From Spirochaetia bacterium (GTDB lineage: Bacteria; Spirochaetota; Spirochaetia; SZUA-6; Bin103), in NCBI GenBank assembly GCA_965199955.1, contig CBDATQ010000002.1, positions 832,001 through 896,000 on the forward strand: a stretch of DNA of 64,000 bases, read 5' to 3'. The translations under genes were made by a program, and so were the position numbers. The notes below the pieces were generated by a model. That model worked only from the letters and a program-made list of their open reading frames with translations, was not told the origin of the DNA and made no database searches. Shown here piece by piece: positions 8,678-17,936 of the stretch (position 1 is the stretch's first letter; the number at the start of each line of letters is the position of its first letter).

Positions 8678-10875
8678 CCCGGCGGCTCCGGGCCGGAATC
8701 GTGGTACATCAGCCGGTGCAGGTCCGTGAGCAGCCGGTCGTCGGTGGTCATGCGCATCTGAGGCGCGATGCAGGGCATGCCGCGGCTCAGCGTCGGGTCG
8801 CCGTACACGTTGGTCTGCCGGTCGGCCAGGTCGATGTCCGCGCAGGCCACGCCGTCGCCGTGGATCTCGGCGATGATGGCCCCGGAGGAGTCGATGATCA
8901 TGCTCGGCGGGCCGGTCGCGGCGGCGACGAAGTAGAGGCGGTTGTCGAGCGCGCGCGTGCGCCACGTGATCGGCTTGCCGCCGGCGACCGGCAGGAACAG
9001 GATCTCCGCGCCGAGGTGCGCGTAGTAGCGGGCCACTTCCGGGAACCACTCGTCGTAGCAGATGTGGAGCGCCACGCGCCCGACGTCCAGGTCGAACACC
9101 GGGTACTCGGTGCCGCAGGAGATGCCGCCGCGCAGTTCGCCGAAGGTCAGGTGGGTCTTGTCGTAAGAGCCCAGCAGCTCGCCCGAGCGGTCGAACAGGA
9201 CCGCCGTGTTGAACACGTGCGGGCCGCGCCGGCAGATGACGCCGGCGATCACGTACATGTAGTGGCGGCGCGCGGCCTCCGCCATCACCCGGCAGACGGG
9301 GCCCTCGGGGACCGGCTCCGCGGCGTCAGCCCATGATCCGTAGGCGCGTTCGGGGACGCCCTGCACGGGGGAGAACTCGGTGAGGGCGGCGATGTCCACC
9401 CCCATCGATCCGGCCTGGTCGAGCTTGGCGGCGATGCGCTCGCGCTGCTCGGCCATGGTCAGCGGCGCCGGCGGCTCGCCGAAGCGGATGGTAGCGATGC
9501 GCGCGATGCGCGCCGGCGGCCGTGGGACCTGCGTGACCACGGCCCGCGACCACGCGATCCGGCCGCTCGGTGCGGCGCGCAGGTAGAGCTCCATCCGCTC
9601 CTGCTCGGATGGGTGGGGTTCGTGCCGGAACGTGCACTCCAGGGACAGCGTGCCCGCCGGCACGGCCCTCTGTTCGGCGGAACGCAGCAGCCGTGGCGTC
9701 AGGAAGTGGCCGGCACACTGGGCGAACACCGAGAGCGCGGGGCGCTCGATGTTCTCCGGGCGTGCCTGCACACTCGCGCGGTACCAGCAGCCGGGGATCA
9801 GGCGGACCGGGCGGTGCCAGCAGCCGAAGGCGTGCAGGTCGCCGGTTCCTTCAAGGACGAGCTCCTGCTCTGAGTCCGCGCCGGTTTCGATCCGGGCGCG
9901 CGGCGCGAGCTCCGGGCGTGGGGTGTCCGTGCGCCACTCACCGTGCAGGCGATTCGCGTCCGGCGGCGGCTCAGCCTCCCCGGTCTCGACCGGATTGACG
10001 CCGGCCGCCAGCAGCAGGCCGACCCACTGGCGATGATTGCGTGTCACCGATGCCGGGCGCTCTCGGCTGCGGGCCACGAATCCGGGGACGTAGCTGCGTC
10101 CGGTCGGGACACCGAGGCGGCAGTAACGGGTGTCGAGGCTCCAGCGCACGGTCTGTGACGTATTCGGCAGCGAGCGGTGCGCGACCCGTTCCATGGTCAT
10201 GAGGGCGTCGCCCGGCTGCATCTGGCAGGTGACGCGCTCGCCGTCCGGCAGGTCCTCGTCCTCGATGCCGTGGTACGCGACGACACCGGGGATGCTGGTG
10301 TTCAGCCGGTGCGGAACGCTCTGCCGGTGCGAGCCGGCGATCACTTCCAGGCAGCCGTTCTCGCGCCTGGCGCTGGTTAGCGGGATCCACAGGTTGAGGA
10401 TCACGGTGTCGCCGATGTCCTCTCTCAGGTATGCGTCGTCCTGGTGCCAGGGCACGTCGGCGGGGTCGTGCTCGGGGAGCTTCACCCGCAGCACCGTCTG
10501 CGGATGGGCCAGGATCTCCGGCCCGATCACGGACTCGATCGCGTCGAGCAGGGCCGGATGGGTGCGCAGAGCGAACATGCCGGCCGTCTTGTGCCGTTTG
10601 CTGTGCAGCCGGCGCCAGATCCAGGAGAGGGACTCCTCGTCCAGCTCGGCGGCGACCGCGGCCAGCCGCCGGTCGAAGGGCTCGTCCGCGAAGGTGGCAT
10701 CGGGATCCAGGCGCTCCCAGATGACGAGCTGCTCGACCTCCTGCTCCACGGCCGCGGCGAGGTCGTCGGCGAGGGGCTGGATTGCCGCCCGCGGCAGCAA
10801 CCCGGGGATGATCAGGTAGCCCCGTTCGTGGAGCTCCGCGCACTGCGACTGGGTCAGACCGGTGGCGTATTCCAT
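8674..10875 (-). CDS. Fusion protein: PhyH dioxygenase + beta-rich middle domain + carbon-nitrogen hydrolase (nitrilase superfamily)
   Basis: N-terminal PWHQD, IAGSH, VAHRS; C-terminal triad LTEF, YDKTHL, ICYDEWFPE; single uninterrupted ORF (alternative start 10914). Confidence 0.8.
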   Translation of the reverse strand: MEYATGLTQSQCAELHERGYLIIPGLLPRAAIQPLADDLAAAVEQEVEQLVIWERLDPDATFADEPFDRRLAAVAAELDEESLSWIWRRLHSKRHKTAGMFALRTHPALLDAIESVIGPEILAHPQTVLRVKLPEHDPADVPWHQDDAYLREDIGDTVILNLWIPLTSARRENGCLEVIAGSHRQSVPHRLNTSIPGVVAYHGIEDEDLPDGERVTCQMQPGDALMTMERVAHRSLPNTSQTVRWSLDTRYCRLGVPTGRSYVPGFVARSRERPASVTRNHRQWVGLLLAAGVNPVETGEAEPPPDANRLHGEWRTDTPRPELAPRARIETGADSEQELVLEGTGDLHAFGCWHRPVRLIPGCWYRASVQARPENIERPALSVFAQCAGHFLTPRLLRSAEQRAVPAGTLSLECTFRHEPHPSEQERMELYLRAAPSGRIAWSRAVVTQVPRPPARIARIATIRFGEPPAPLTMAEQRERIAAKLDQAGSMGVDIAALTEFSPVQGVPERAYGSWADAAEPVPEGPVCRVMAEAARRHYMYVIAGVICRRGPHVFNTAVLFDRSGELLGSYDKTHLTFGELRGGISCGTEYPVFDLDVGRVALHICYDEWFPEVARYYAHLGAEILFLPVAGGKPITWRTRALDNRLYFVAAATGPPSMIIDSSGAIIAEIHGDGVACADIDLADRQTNVYGDPTLSRGMPCIAPQMRMTTDDRLLTDLHRLMYHDSGPEPPG

Positions 10876-10944
10876 ACCGGAGCGATTGAACGTCGGCGTG
10901 CGCCGCCTTGACAAGCCGCTCGCCGTCCGGGCGGCGTAGCTCGA

Positions 10945-11898
10945 CTATCGCTCCAGCGTCTCGCGCAGCACGCCCGTCGGTCCGACCAGCACCACGTCGC
11001 CGAAGCGGAGCTCTTTCTCCATGAACTGCTCTTCCGCATGCTGCAGAGCCCTGCCGGGCTCGATCGCGACGACGGTCGCGTTGTCGGTCAGCGTCTCATC
11101 CGCCAGGCGATCCCAGATCGCCTCCACGCTCCGCAGCGCGGTCCAGCGCTCCTCGTCCGTTCCCTCTTCGAAGGCCGCGGTCCCTGCCCAGCGGATCGGG
11201 TCGTGCGCGCCGTCCGAGGTCATGACGACTCTGCCTTCGTCCGGGGTGTGCAGGATGTGCCGCTCGGCGAGGATTCCCTCGGGTATGCCGACCGCGTCGA
11301 GCAGGCTGTTGTCCGGTTCGGTCGGCATATACGGTTCCTCCGTCCGATAGGGCTCCGCCGGCCGGCCCGTGGTCAGGCGTTCCAGCGCGTCCTTCAGGCC
11401 GGCGCGCGTGTGGTCGGTGGTCAGGCACCGGAACGGGCGCCCCGGCTCGATCAGGTGCGCGCGGGTGTCGCCGACGTGCACGAGCATCCCGTTGCGCCGT
11501 TTCCAGACCGCGGCGGTGAGGGTCGTGCCGCCCCGGCCCCGGAGCGCCTCCACCACGTCACGCTGCGCGGCAACCAGGGCGTCCGCGAGCATGTCGCGGG
11601 GCGTATCGTGATCGCCGGACAGGCACCGCTCGACGACGACCTGCACGGCGCGGCGACTCGCCCAGCCGCCGTCCTCCATGCCGCCCATGCCGTCCGCGAC
11701 CACGGCCGCACCGTGAGGGGACAACACGCCGCGGGGAATCCAGAGCAGCGCCACGCCGCAGTCCTGCTGCTCCGGGCGCGGGCCTTGCTGCATGCCGACC
11801 GCCAGCGCGCCGTCCGCACCGGCGTGGATCGCCCCGTCCGCGTAGCCGGAGAGACCGAGCGTCTCAGCGAGCCATTCGCCCACTTCCGAGTATTTCAT
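10945..11898 (-). CDS. PP2C-family Ser/Thr protein phosphatase
   Basis: QGPRPEQQD, VADGMGG, GTTLT, HVGDTRA, TTDHT, SDG, DNATV. Confidence 0.85.
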   Translation of the reverse strand: MKYSEVGEWLAETLGLSGYADGAIHAGADGALAVGMQQGPRPEQQDCGVALLWIPRGVLSPHGAAVVADGMGGMEDGGWASRRAVQVVVERCLSGDHDTPRDMLADALVAAQRDVVEALRGRGGTTLTAAVWKRRNGMLVHVGDTRAHLIEPGRPFRCLTTDHTRAGLKDALERLTTGRPAEPYRTEEPYMPTEPDNSLLDAVGIPEGILAERHILHTPDEGRVVMTSDGAHDPIRWAGTAAFEEGTDEERWTALRSVEAIWDRLADETLTDNATVVAIEPGRALQHAEEQFMEKELRFGDVVLVGPTGVLRETLER

Positions 11899-11929
11899 CG
11901 TTACGCCCCACCACCGGGCGCCACGGTCT

Positions 11930-12988
11930 CTAACCCGCAGTCGCGGTGGTCTTTTTCCGAACGGCGCTCTTCACCTGCGCCTGACCGTCCCGGAACCCCA
12001 GCCGCTTGCGTCGGCCGCGCATGGCCGCGTGCGCCGCAGGCGAGCCGTCGTGGAAGCTGCCGAACCACTTGTCCAGCGGCACGCCCTCATTGCCGTAGTT
12101 GCACTCGAAGTAGCGGTGGTGCAGGTAGTGGAAATAGCCGCCGTTGCTGAAGGTCTTGTCGTCCTTGAGCACGAACTCCGAGAACCCCGAGTGGCCGGCC
12201 GCCGGGCTCAGCCCGGTGTGCATCAGGTGGAAGACCGCGTGGATGGGGTGCGACGGAATCACCCAGTGCACGAGCACGCCGGAGAAGTAGATCAGGTGCT
12301 CGATCGGGTGCATGGACAGCCCCGACCACGGGCCGATGTTGACGTTGCGGTGGTGAAGGTAGTGGGCGATCTTGTAGAGCGGCTTCCAGTGCGTCCACCG
12401 GTGCGTCCAGTAGAAGTGCATCTGCCGGATGAACAGGACCGCGATCATCATCAGCGAGCAGTAGGCGATGCCGGCCGGCGTGCGCCACTCGACCCGCGGC
12501 AGCCAGCCGTTGCCGTACATCCACAGGGTCACCGCCTCGTACGCGGTCCAGATGCCGGCGCCGGAAACCAGCGACCAGAACATGTTGTCCCAGGTCTGGT
12601 TGCCGAACAGGAACGCCCGGTTCTTCTTCGCCAGCCAGCGGGCGTTGTACTTGTACTTCTTCCCCTGCGCGCGCTTGATGTAGAGGCGCAGGTGCAGTCC
12701 GCCGGCGATCAGGACCAGGAGCGCGACGTTGCGCAGGTAGATCTCCGCGATCCAGTCGAGCTGGAAGGTGGCGGTGCGCTCCAGGGAGGGCGTGAGAAAG
12801 AGCCATGCCACCACGGCGATGGCCATGTAGACCAGGTTCTTCGGCCACAAGATGCCGTCGTGCCCGAAGATCGCCTTGAGAATCACCTTCGTCCGCACCG
12901 GCCGGTCCCACATCGGGGACGGCTGCGGGAGATTCGCCGGCTGCCACTCGCCCTTCGCGTCGCGAACGCCCAGATCCGCCTCAGCCAT
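11930..12988 (-). CDS. Sterol desaturase / fatty acid hydroxylase family membrane protein
   Basis: His boxes HFYWTHRWTH, HYLHHRN, HYLHHRY; hydrophobic segments; ATG 12988 follows TGCTATCCT (alternative start 13042). Confidence 0.85.
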   Translation of the reverse strand: MAEADLGVRDAKGEWQPANLPQPSPMWDRPVRTKVILKAIFGHDGILWPKNLVYMAIAVVAWLFLTPSLERTATFQLDWIAEIYLRNVALLVLIAGGLHLRLYIKRAQGKKYKYNARWLAKKNRAFLFGNQTWDNMFWSLVSGAGIWTAYEAVTLWMYGNGWLPRVEWRTPAGIAYCSLMMIAVLFIRQMHFYWTHRWTHWKPLYKIAHYLHHRNVNIGPWSGLSMHPIEHLIYFSGVLVHWVIPSHPIHAVFHLMHTGLSPAAGHSGFSEFVLKDDKTFSNGGYFHYLHHRYFECNYGNEGVPLDKWFGSFHDGSPAAHAAMRGRRKRLGFRDGQAQVKSAVRKKTTATAG

Positions 12989-13111
12989 GACGTGGCAGGA
13001 TAGCATGGGCCCGCCGGATGTAAACCCCTGTGTGGCGGTCATTCACGCGCGCGCGCCGGTCTCGTGTGGCCGGCAGGCCGCTGCTCATCCCGCGTGCTAC
13101 GCTCCACTTCC

Positions 13112-14533
13112 GTGAGTGACGGAACAGCCCCCGAGCGACTGGACGCCGAGCGGCGCCTGTTCGTCGACCTGATCGACGTCGACCGCCGCGACAACGTGAG
13201 CCTCACCTTCCACCAGGCCCGCAAGCACGGCCTGCCGGTCATCGCCCAGGAAGAGCCGTGGGAGCGGATGGGCGGCATGACCGCGTCGGTCATCTACGAC
13301 CACGAGGAGGGCGTTTTCAAGGCGTGGTACATGGCCGGCATGTATGCCCCCGACAAGGAGCACGTGCAGTGCCTGGCGCTGTCCGATGACGGCATCAACT
13401 GGACCAAGCCCGTGCTCGGCCTGCACGAGGCCCTCGGCAACACCGACAACAACATCGTCGTTCCGGCCGAGTACCACGACGGCAGGGACCACTTCGAGAC
13501 GATGGTGAAGGATCCCATGGATCCCGACCCCGAGCGACGCTACAAGGCGCTCGGCTGGGCCAGCTACGACTGGGACGGCCCGCTGAGCGGCATCTACACC
13601 GGCACCTCGCCCGACGGCATGCGCTGGACCTTCACGCCGGAGCCGATCGTCCGTCACCACCCGCGTCCCGGAACCGCCGACTTGGGGCCGATCGGCGACG
13701 CGCAGGCGATGATGATCGACACTCGTCGCAAGCGTTACGTGGCGATGCTGCGCGGCGCTATGGATCACCCCGGCTGGCGCGTGATGTCGGTGAGCGAGGA
13801 CTTCGTCACCTGGACCCGGCCGGAGCGCTTCCTGCTCTATCTCAACCACGAGGAGTCGCTGTACAACAACAACGGCTTCGTCTACGGGGCTCAGTACCTG
13901 GGCATCCTGACCCACTTCGACCGCCGCGCCGAGCACCAGTCGCAGACCCTGAAGCTCCTGACCAGCCGCGACGGCGACGTGTGGATGCGAGCGCCTGCCA
14001 CCGAGCCCCTGGTCGGGCTGGGCGACGTCGGCGACTGGGACCGCTTCCAGATCATGCTCACCGGCGCCCCGCCGGTGCCGGTGGGCGACCGGCTGCACAT
14101 CTACTACCGCGGCACCTCGCGCCGCCACAACAAGGTGGTGGGCGAGTTCGAGCCCAGAATCGACCCGGACCAGGAACGCGGCGGCATGTCCATCGGGCTG
14201 GCCACGCTGCGGCTGGACGGCTTCGCTTCCATCGACGCCAGCTACGACGGCGGCACCATCACCACGGTGCCGTTCGAGCTGGCCGGCGCCGAGCTGCACG
14301 TCAACGCCAAGTGCGACTTCGGCCGCATCGGTGCGGAGCTGCTCGACGAGGGGTGCCGCCCGATACCGGGCTATGCCGCCGACGACTGCATCGCGGTCAG
14401 CGCCGACACCACCGACCAGGTCATCCGCTGGCGCGGGGAGGCGGCCGGCAGGCCGCTGTCCGCCATCGCCGCGCCGGCGCGGATCCGCTTCCACATGGCC
14501 AACTCCCGCCTCTATAGCTACTGGCTGCAGTGA
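13112..14533 (+). CDS. Beta-propeller glycosidase-like protein, subfamily A
   Basis: FKAWY, SDDGINWTKP.LG, NNIV, RYKA, SRDG..W, IGLATLRLDGFAS, C-terminal sandwich domain. Confidence 0.75.
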   Translation: MSDGTAPERLDAERRLFVDLIDVDRRDNVSLTFHQARKHGLPVIAQEEPWERMGGMTASVIYDHEEGVFKAWYMAGMYAPDKEHVQCLALSDDGINWTKPVLGLHEALGNTDNNIVVPAEYHDGRDHFETMVKDPMDPDPERRYKALGWASYDWDGPLSGIYTGTSPDGMRWTFTPEPIVRHHPRPGTADLGPIGDAQAMMIDTRRKRYVAMLRGAMDHPGWRVMSVSEDFVTWTRPERFLLYLNHEESLYNNNGFVYGAQYLGILTHFDRRAEHQSQTLKLLTSRDGDVWMRAPATEPLVGLGDVGDWDRFQIMLTGAPPVPVGDRLHIYYRGTSRRHNKVVGEFEPRIDPDQERGGMSIGLATLRLDGFASIDASYDGGTITTVPFELAGAELHVNAKCDFGRIGAELLDEGCRPIPGYAADDCIAVSADTTDQVIRWRGEAAGRPLSAIAAPARIRFHMANSRLYSYWLQ

Positions 14534-14579
14534 GGCCCCGAACCATCCGGCAAGCCGGAACCCCAGCAAGGAGCACGGC

Positions 14580-16094
14580 ATGATCACCGTCCACAACAGC
14601 GTCCCCAACCCCGTCGTCGAAGAGGCGGTCCTGTTCCCGTTCGACACCTACAGTTGTCCGTTCTCGGCCGGGCTCCGGCTGCAGCTCATCCCCGGAAAGA
14701 TCCCCGGCCGCGGCAACCCGATCGTCGTCGCCGCCGGCGAGCCGGGGTCACCCGACGACTACAGTACCCGCTTCTACGGCACGGTCATCCCCATCGACGG
14801 CGAGTTGCGCATGTGGTACCTGGCCCGCAGCACCCTCGACGCGGACGGCAGCAACGGCGGCCAGCTCCGCTGCTGCTACGCCACCAGCACGGACGGCGTC
14901 AACTGGGACAAGCCCGACCTGGGCCTGATCGAGTTCAACGGCAGCACGCACAACAACATCGTCAACCTGCGCGCCGGCCGCTGCGACTTCGCCGCTCTGC
15001 CGGTGATGTACGAGCCGAACGACCCGGACCCGGCGCGGCGTTTCAAGGTTGTCTTCGAGAGCGAGGCGTACGGCAACCAGTTCGCCGTCGCCTACTCGGC
15101 CGACGGCCTCAACTGGACCGAGTCGCCGAACAACCCGGTCGGTCCCGGCCTGGAGCAGACCGGGCTGCTCCGCCACAACGGCTGCTATTACGTCAACGGC
15201 CAGGGCGGCACGCACTACACCACGGGGCGGGTGCTCGCGACCTTCGCCTCCTACGACTTCGAGACCTGGACGCAGGCGTCCTGCCTGGGCTTCCGCCGCG
15301 ACATGGTGCCGCCTGAACCGCTGCTCTACGACCCGCTCTCCTCGGCGCCGAAGGCCAGGTGGAACCAGAGCGAGGAGGTGCACCTGGGAGCCGGCCTCTG
15401 GGACCGGGGCAACGTGATCCTGGGCATCTACGACATCTGGCACGGCACGCCCAGCAGCGACCGCCAGCTCATCTCCATGGACCTGGGCCTGCTGGTCAGC
15501 CACGACGCCCTGCACTTCTACGAGCCGATCAAGGATTTCCCGATCCTCCCTTCCTACGAGGAGGCAGGCGCCGTGGTCGGCAAGCCGCCGACGGTCAGCC
15601 ACGGCCAGGGCATGGTCAACTGGGGCGACAAGACCATGCTGTGGTACGAGGCGTGGGGGAATCTGCCGGTGGAGGTGCGCCTTGCCACCTGGGAGCGCGA
15701 CCGGATCGGCTATTTCGAGGCCATGCGCGGCGAGGGCGGCCACCTGGTGACCTGCCCGCTGGCCGGCGCCACCGAGTTCAGTGCCAACGTCGGCGGCCTG
15801 GGCCCGTACACTGAGCTGCGGTTCGAGCTTCTGGACGAGGGCTTCCATCCGCTGCCCGGCTTCAGCGGCGCCGACGCCGCGGTGCTCACCGGGCTGGAAG
15901 GAGCCGGAGAAGGCGAGGAGGACCTGGTGCCGGGTCAGCAGAGCCGGCGGGAGTCCACGCCGGCCGCCGGACTGCGCGAGCCGGTCCGCTGGCAGCGCCC
16001 CGTGCCGGCCGACGCCGGATCGCTGCGCCTGCAGGTCACCTTCGCCGGCATCCGCCCCGAGGACGGCCAACTGTACGCGATCTACGCCCGCTGA
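14580..16094 (+). CDS. Beta-propeller glycosidase-like protein, subfamily A
   Basis: LRMWY, STDGVNWDKPDLG, SADGLNW; AAGGAG RBS; close paralog of 61004-62449. Confidence 0.75.
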   Translation: MITVHNSVPNPVVEEAVLFPFDTYSCPFSAGLRLQLIPGKIPGRGNPIVVAAGEPGSPDDYSTRFYGTVIPIDGELRMWYLARSTLDADGSNGGQLRCCYATSTDGVNWDKPDLGLIEFNGSTHNNIVNLRAGRCDFAALPVMYEPNDPDPARRFKVVFESEAYGNQFAVAYSADGLNWTESPNNPVGPGLEQTGLLRHNGCYYVNGQGGTHYTTGRVLATFASYDFETWTQASCLGFRRDMVPPEPLLYDPLSSAPKARWNQSEEVHLGAGLWDRGNVILGIYDIWHGTPSSDRQLISMDLGLLVSHDALHFYEPIKDFPILPSYEEAGAVVGKPPTVSHGQGMVNWGDKTMLWYEAWGNLPVEVRLATWERDRIGYFEAMRGEGGHLVTCPLAGATEFSANVGGLGPYTELRFELLDEGFHPLPGFSGADAAVLTGLEGAGEGEEDLVPGQQSRRESTPAAGLREPVRWQRPVPADAGSLRLQVTFAGIRPEDGQLYAIYAR

Positions 16095-16136
16095 GCGCGC
16101 GTTCCGATCTCTCATCAGAAGATTGTAGGAGGTGCA

Positions 16137-16262
16137 ATGGACACGAAATTGACGAGAATCGGAGTGTTCTACGACGGAAGCTACTTTTCTCACGTGAGCA
16201 ACTATTACTGCTACGACCACCAGCGGCGGGCCCGGATCAGCATTTCGGGCATGCACGACTTC
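16137..16262 (+). pseudogene. 5' stub of an NYN (LabA/DUF88-like) domain gene
   Basis: Strong RBS AGGAGG, then MDTKLTRIGVFYDGSYFSHVSNYY..RISISGMHDF; recognisable sequence stops at the stop codon of the convergent fucosidase. Confidence 0.6.
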
Positions 16263-17529
16263 ACGCGACCACGTCGTTGCCGAAGTCCAGGCGGATCACC
16301 ATCACGGTGTCGGTCATGCGGTTGACCGGCAGGCCGCTCAGGCGGAGGTAGGGCGGCTCCTGCCAGTGCCACGGCGTGGTCTCGACCGTGGCGCGGAGCT
16401 CGCTTCCGTCGTTCAGCAGCGTCGCCCGCTCGGGAGCCACGCGCAGCGGCTTGAGGATCAGGCCGGTGCTCTGCGGCGCCGCCGGCAGGTGGACGTAGAT
16501 GGTGTTCCCCTTGCGCGTGACCAGCAGGCTGTCGCGAGGCACGTGGCGCGCGCCGCCGTGCATACCGATCGCATCGTCCTCGATCACCGTCGAGGCGGGC
16601 ACGGTGCCGTCGAACGCTTCGCGGACCTGGCGGTACCAGTTGCCCACCTGGGCGAGCGTGCCCAGGTTCTCCGCCGGCAGGCTGCCGTCCGCCTTCGGGC
16701 CGACGTTGAGGATGTAGTCGCCCCCCATCGCCAACACGCGGTCGATGCTCTCGATGATGTGGCGGTCGCTGTAGTAGTCCTCGTCCTCGCGATAGCCCCA
16801 GCTCTCGCGGCCGAGCGCCTGCACGGCCTGCGTCGGTGAGTCGAACTCGCGTGCCTCGGGGACATGGCGTTCCGGGGTGACGTAGTCGCCCCGGCTCGGA
16901 CCGCGGTCGTTGATCAGGATGCCGGGCTGCAGCTCGCGCACCATTTCGTTCAGGCTCGGGTCGTGGTGCTCGGCCACGTTCACGTCCCAGAAGAAGTCGC
17001 GCAGCGGACCGTAGTTGGTGCAGAGCTCCCGTACCTGACCGCGGACGAACTCCCAGTAGGCGCCGAGGTCCGGCCGGTCGCCGGGGCGCGGACCGAACAT
17101 CTCATGGTGGCGCCCCAGGTTCGGGTAGTGCGGGTGATGCCAGTCGGGGCAGGAGTAGTAGAAGCCGAGGGCGATGCCGCGGCGCGCGCACGCCTCGGCA
17201 AGCTGGGCCAGGATGTCCCGGCCGTAGGGGGTGTGCATCACCGAGTAGTCGGTCAGCTTCGTGTCCCACAGGCAGAACCCGTCGTGGTGCTTGGTCGTGA
17301 TCACGACGAAGCTCATGCCGGCGCTCTCGGCCGCGACCAGCCACTCGTCGGGATCGAAGCGGTCCGGGTCGAAGCGGTGGACGAGCTGCTCGTAGTCGCG
17401 CCGCTTCATGTCGGACCGCCAGAGGATCTGCTCGTGCCACGCCGGAATCGCGTACAGCCCCCAGTGGATGAACATTCCCAGCCGCTCCGTGAAGTACCGG
17501 TCGCGCCCGTCGCCGAATGGTCTGATCAT
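16261..17529 (-). CDS. Alpha-L-fucosidase (GH29)
   Basis: GMFIHWGLY, TTKHHDGFCLW, YYS.PDW, FFWD, INDR, LNVGPKADG. Confidence 0.9.
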   Translation of the reverse strand: MIRPFGDGRDRYFTERLGMFIHWGLYAIPAWHEQILWRSDMKRRDYEQLVHRFDPDRFDPDEWLVAAESAGMSFVVITTKHHDGFCLWDTKLTDYSVMHTPYGRDILAQLAEACARRGIALGFYYSCPDWHHPHYPNLGRHHEMFGPRPGDRPDLGAYWEFVRGQVRELCTNYGPLRDFFWDVNVAEHHDPSLNEMVRELQPGILINDRGPSRGDYVTPERHVPEAREFDSPTQAVQALGRESWGYREDEDYYSDRHIIESIDRVLAMGGDYILNVGPKADGSLPAENLGTLAQVGNWYRQVREAFDGTVPASTVIEDDAIGMHGGARHVPRDSLLVTRKGNTIYVHLPAAPQSTGLILKPLRVAPERATLLNDGSELRATVETTPWHWQEPPYLRLSGLPVNRMTDTVMVIRLDFGNDVVA

Positions 17530-17936
17530 GGTCGTCCCCCCTGCTTGCGGCATCTTATCGGGGCTGCGGGGACGAGACGCGAGGCGCGGTGCCAGAGACG
17601 AAGCCGGCCGCCCAGCCGGCGGCGCACCGCGTCGAGTCCGCTCCCGAGCTGTCTCGCCTCGATCCTCGGTCGCACACCGAGTAGCCCGCATGTATGCCAG
17701 GGGAGCGCCACCCACCGCGGTCATGCGCTATCTGGAACGGCAAGCCGACAGAGGCTCGGAGGAAGCGGAATACATGCCGCGCCAGTACCTGGACGTCATG
17801 GTCCGCAACTCCAGGCCCATAGAGCATATCCGAGACATTGGAATGCTCTGATGCCAAGCTGCTGACGACTCGGTGATCTCCTGGAGTGACCGAGGCGTCG
17901 GTGGCGGCACAAGGTCGATACCGGCATGATTGACGG

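Noticed and set aside
17689..17851. Protein-like 53-codon stretch ending HIRDIGML
   Set aside because: Possibly a gene remnant, but I cannot assign a family or a convincing start.
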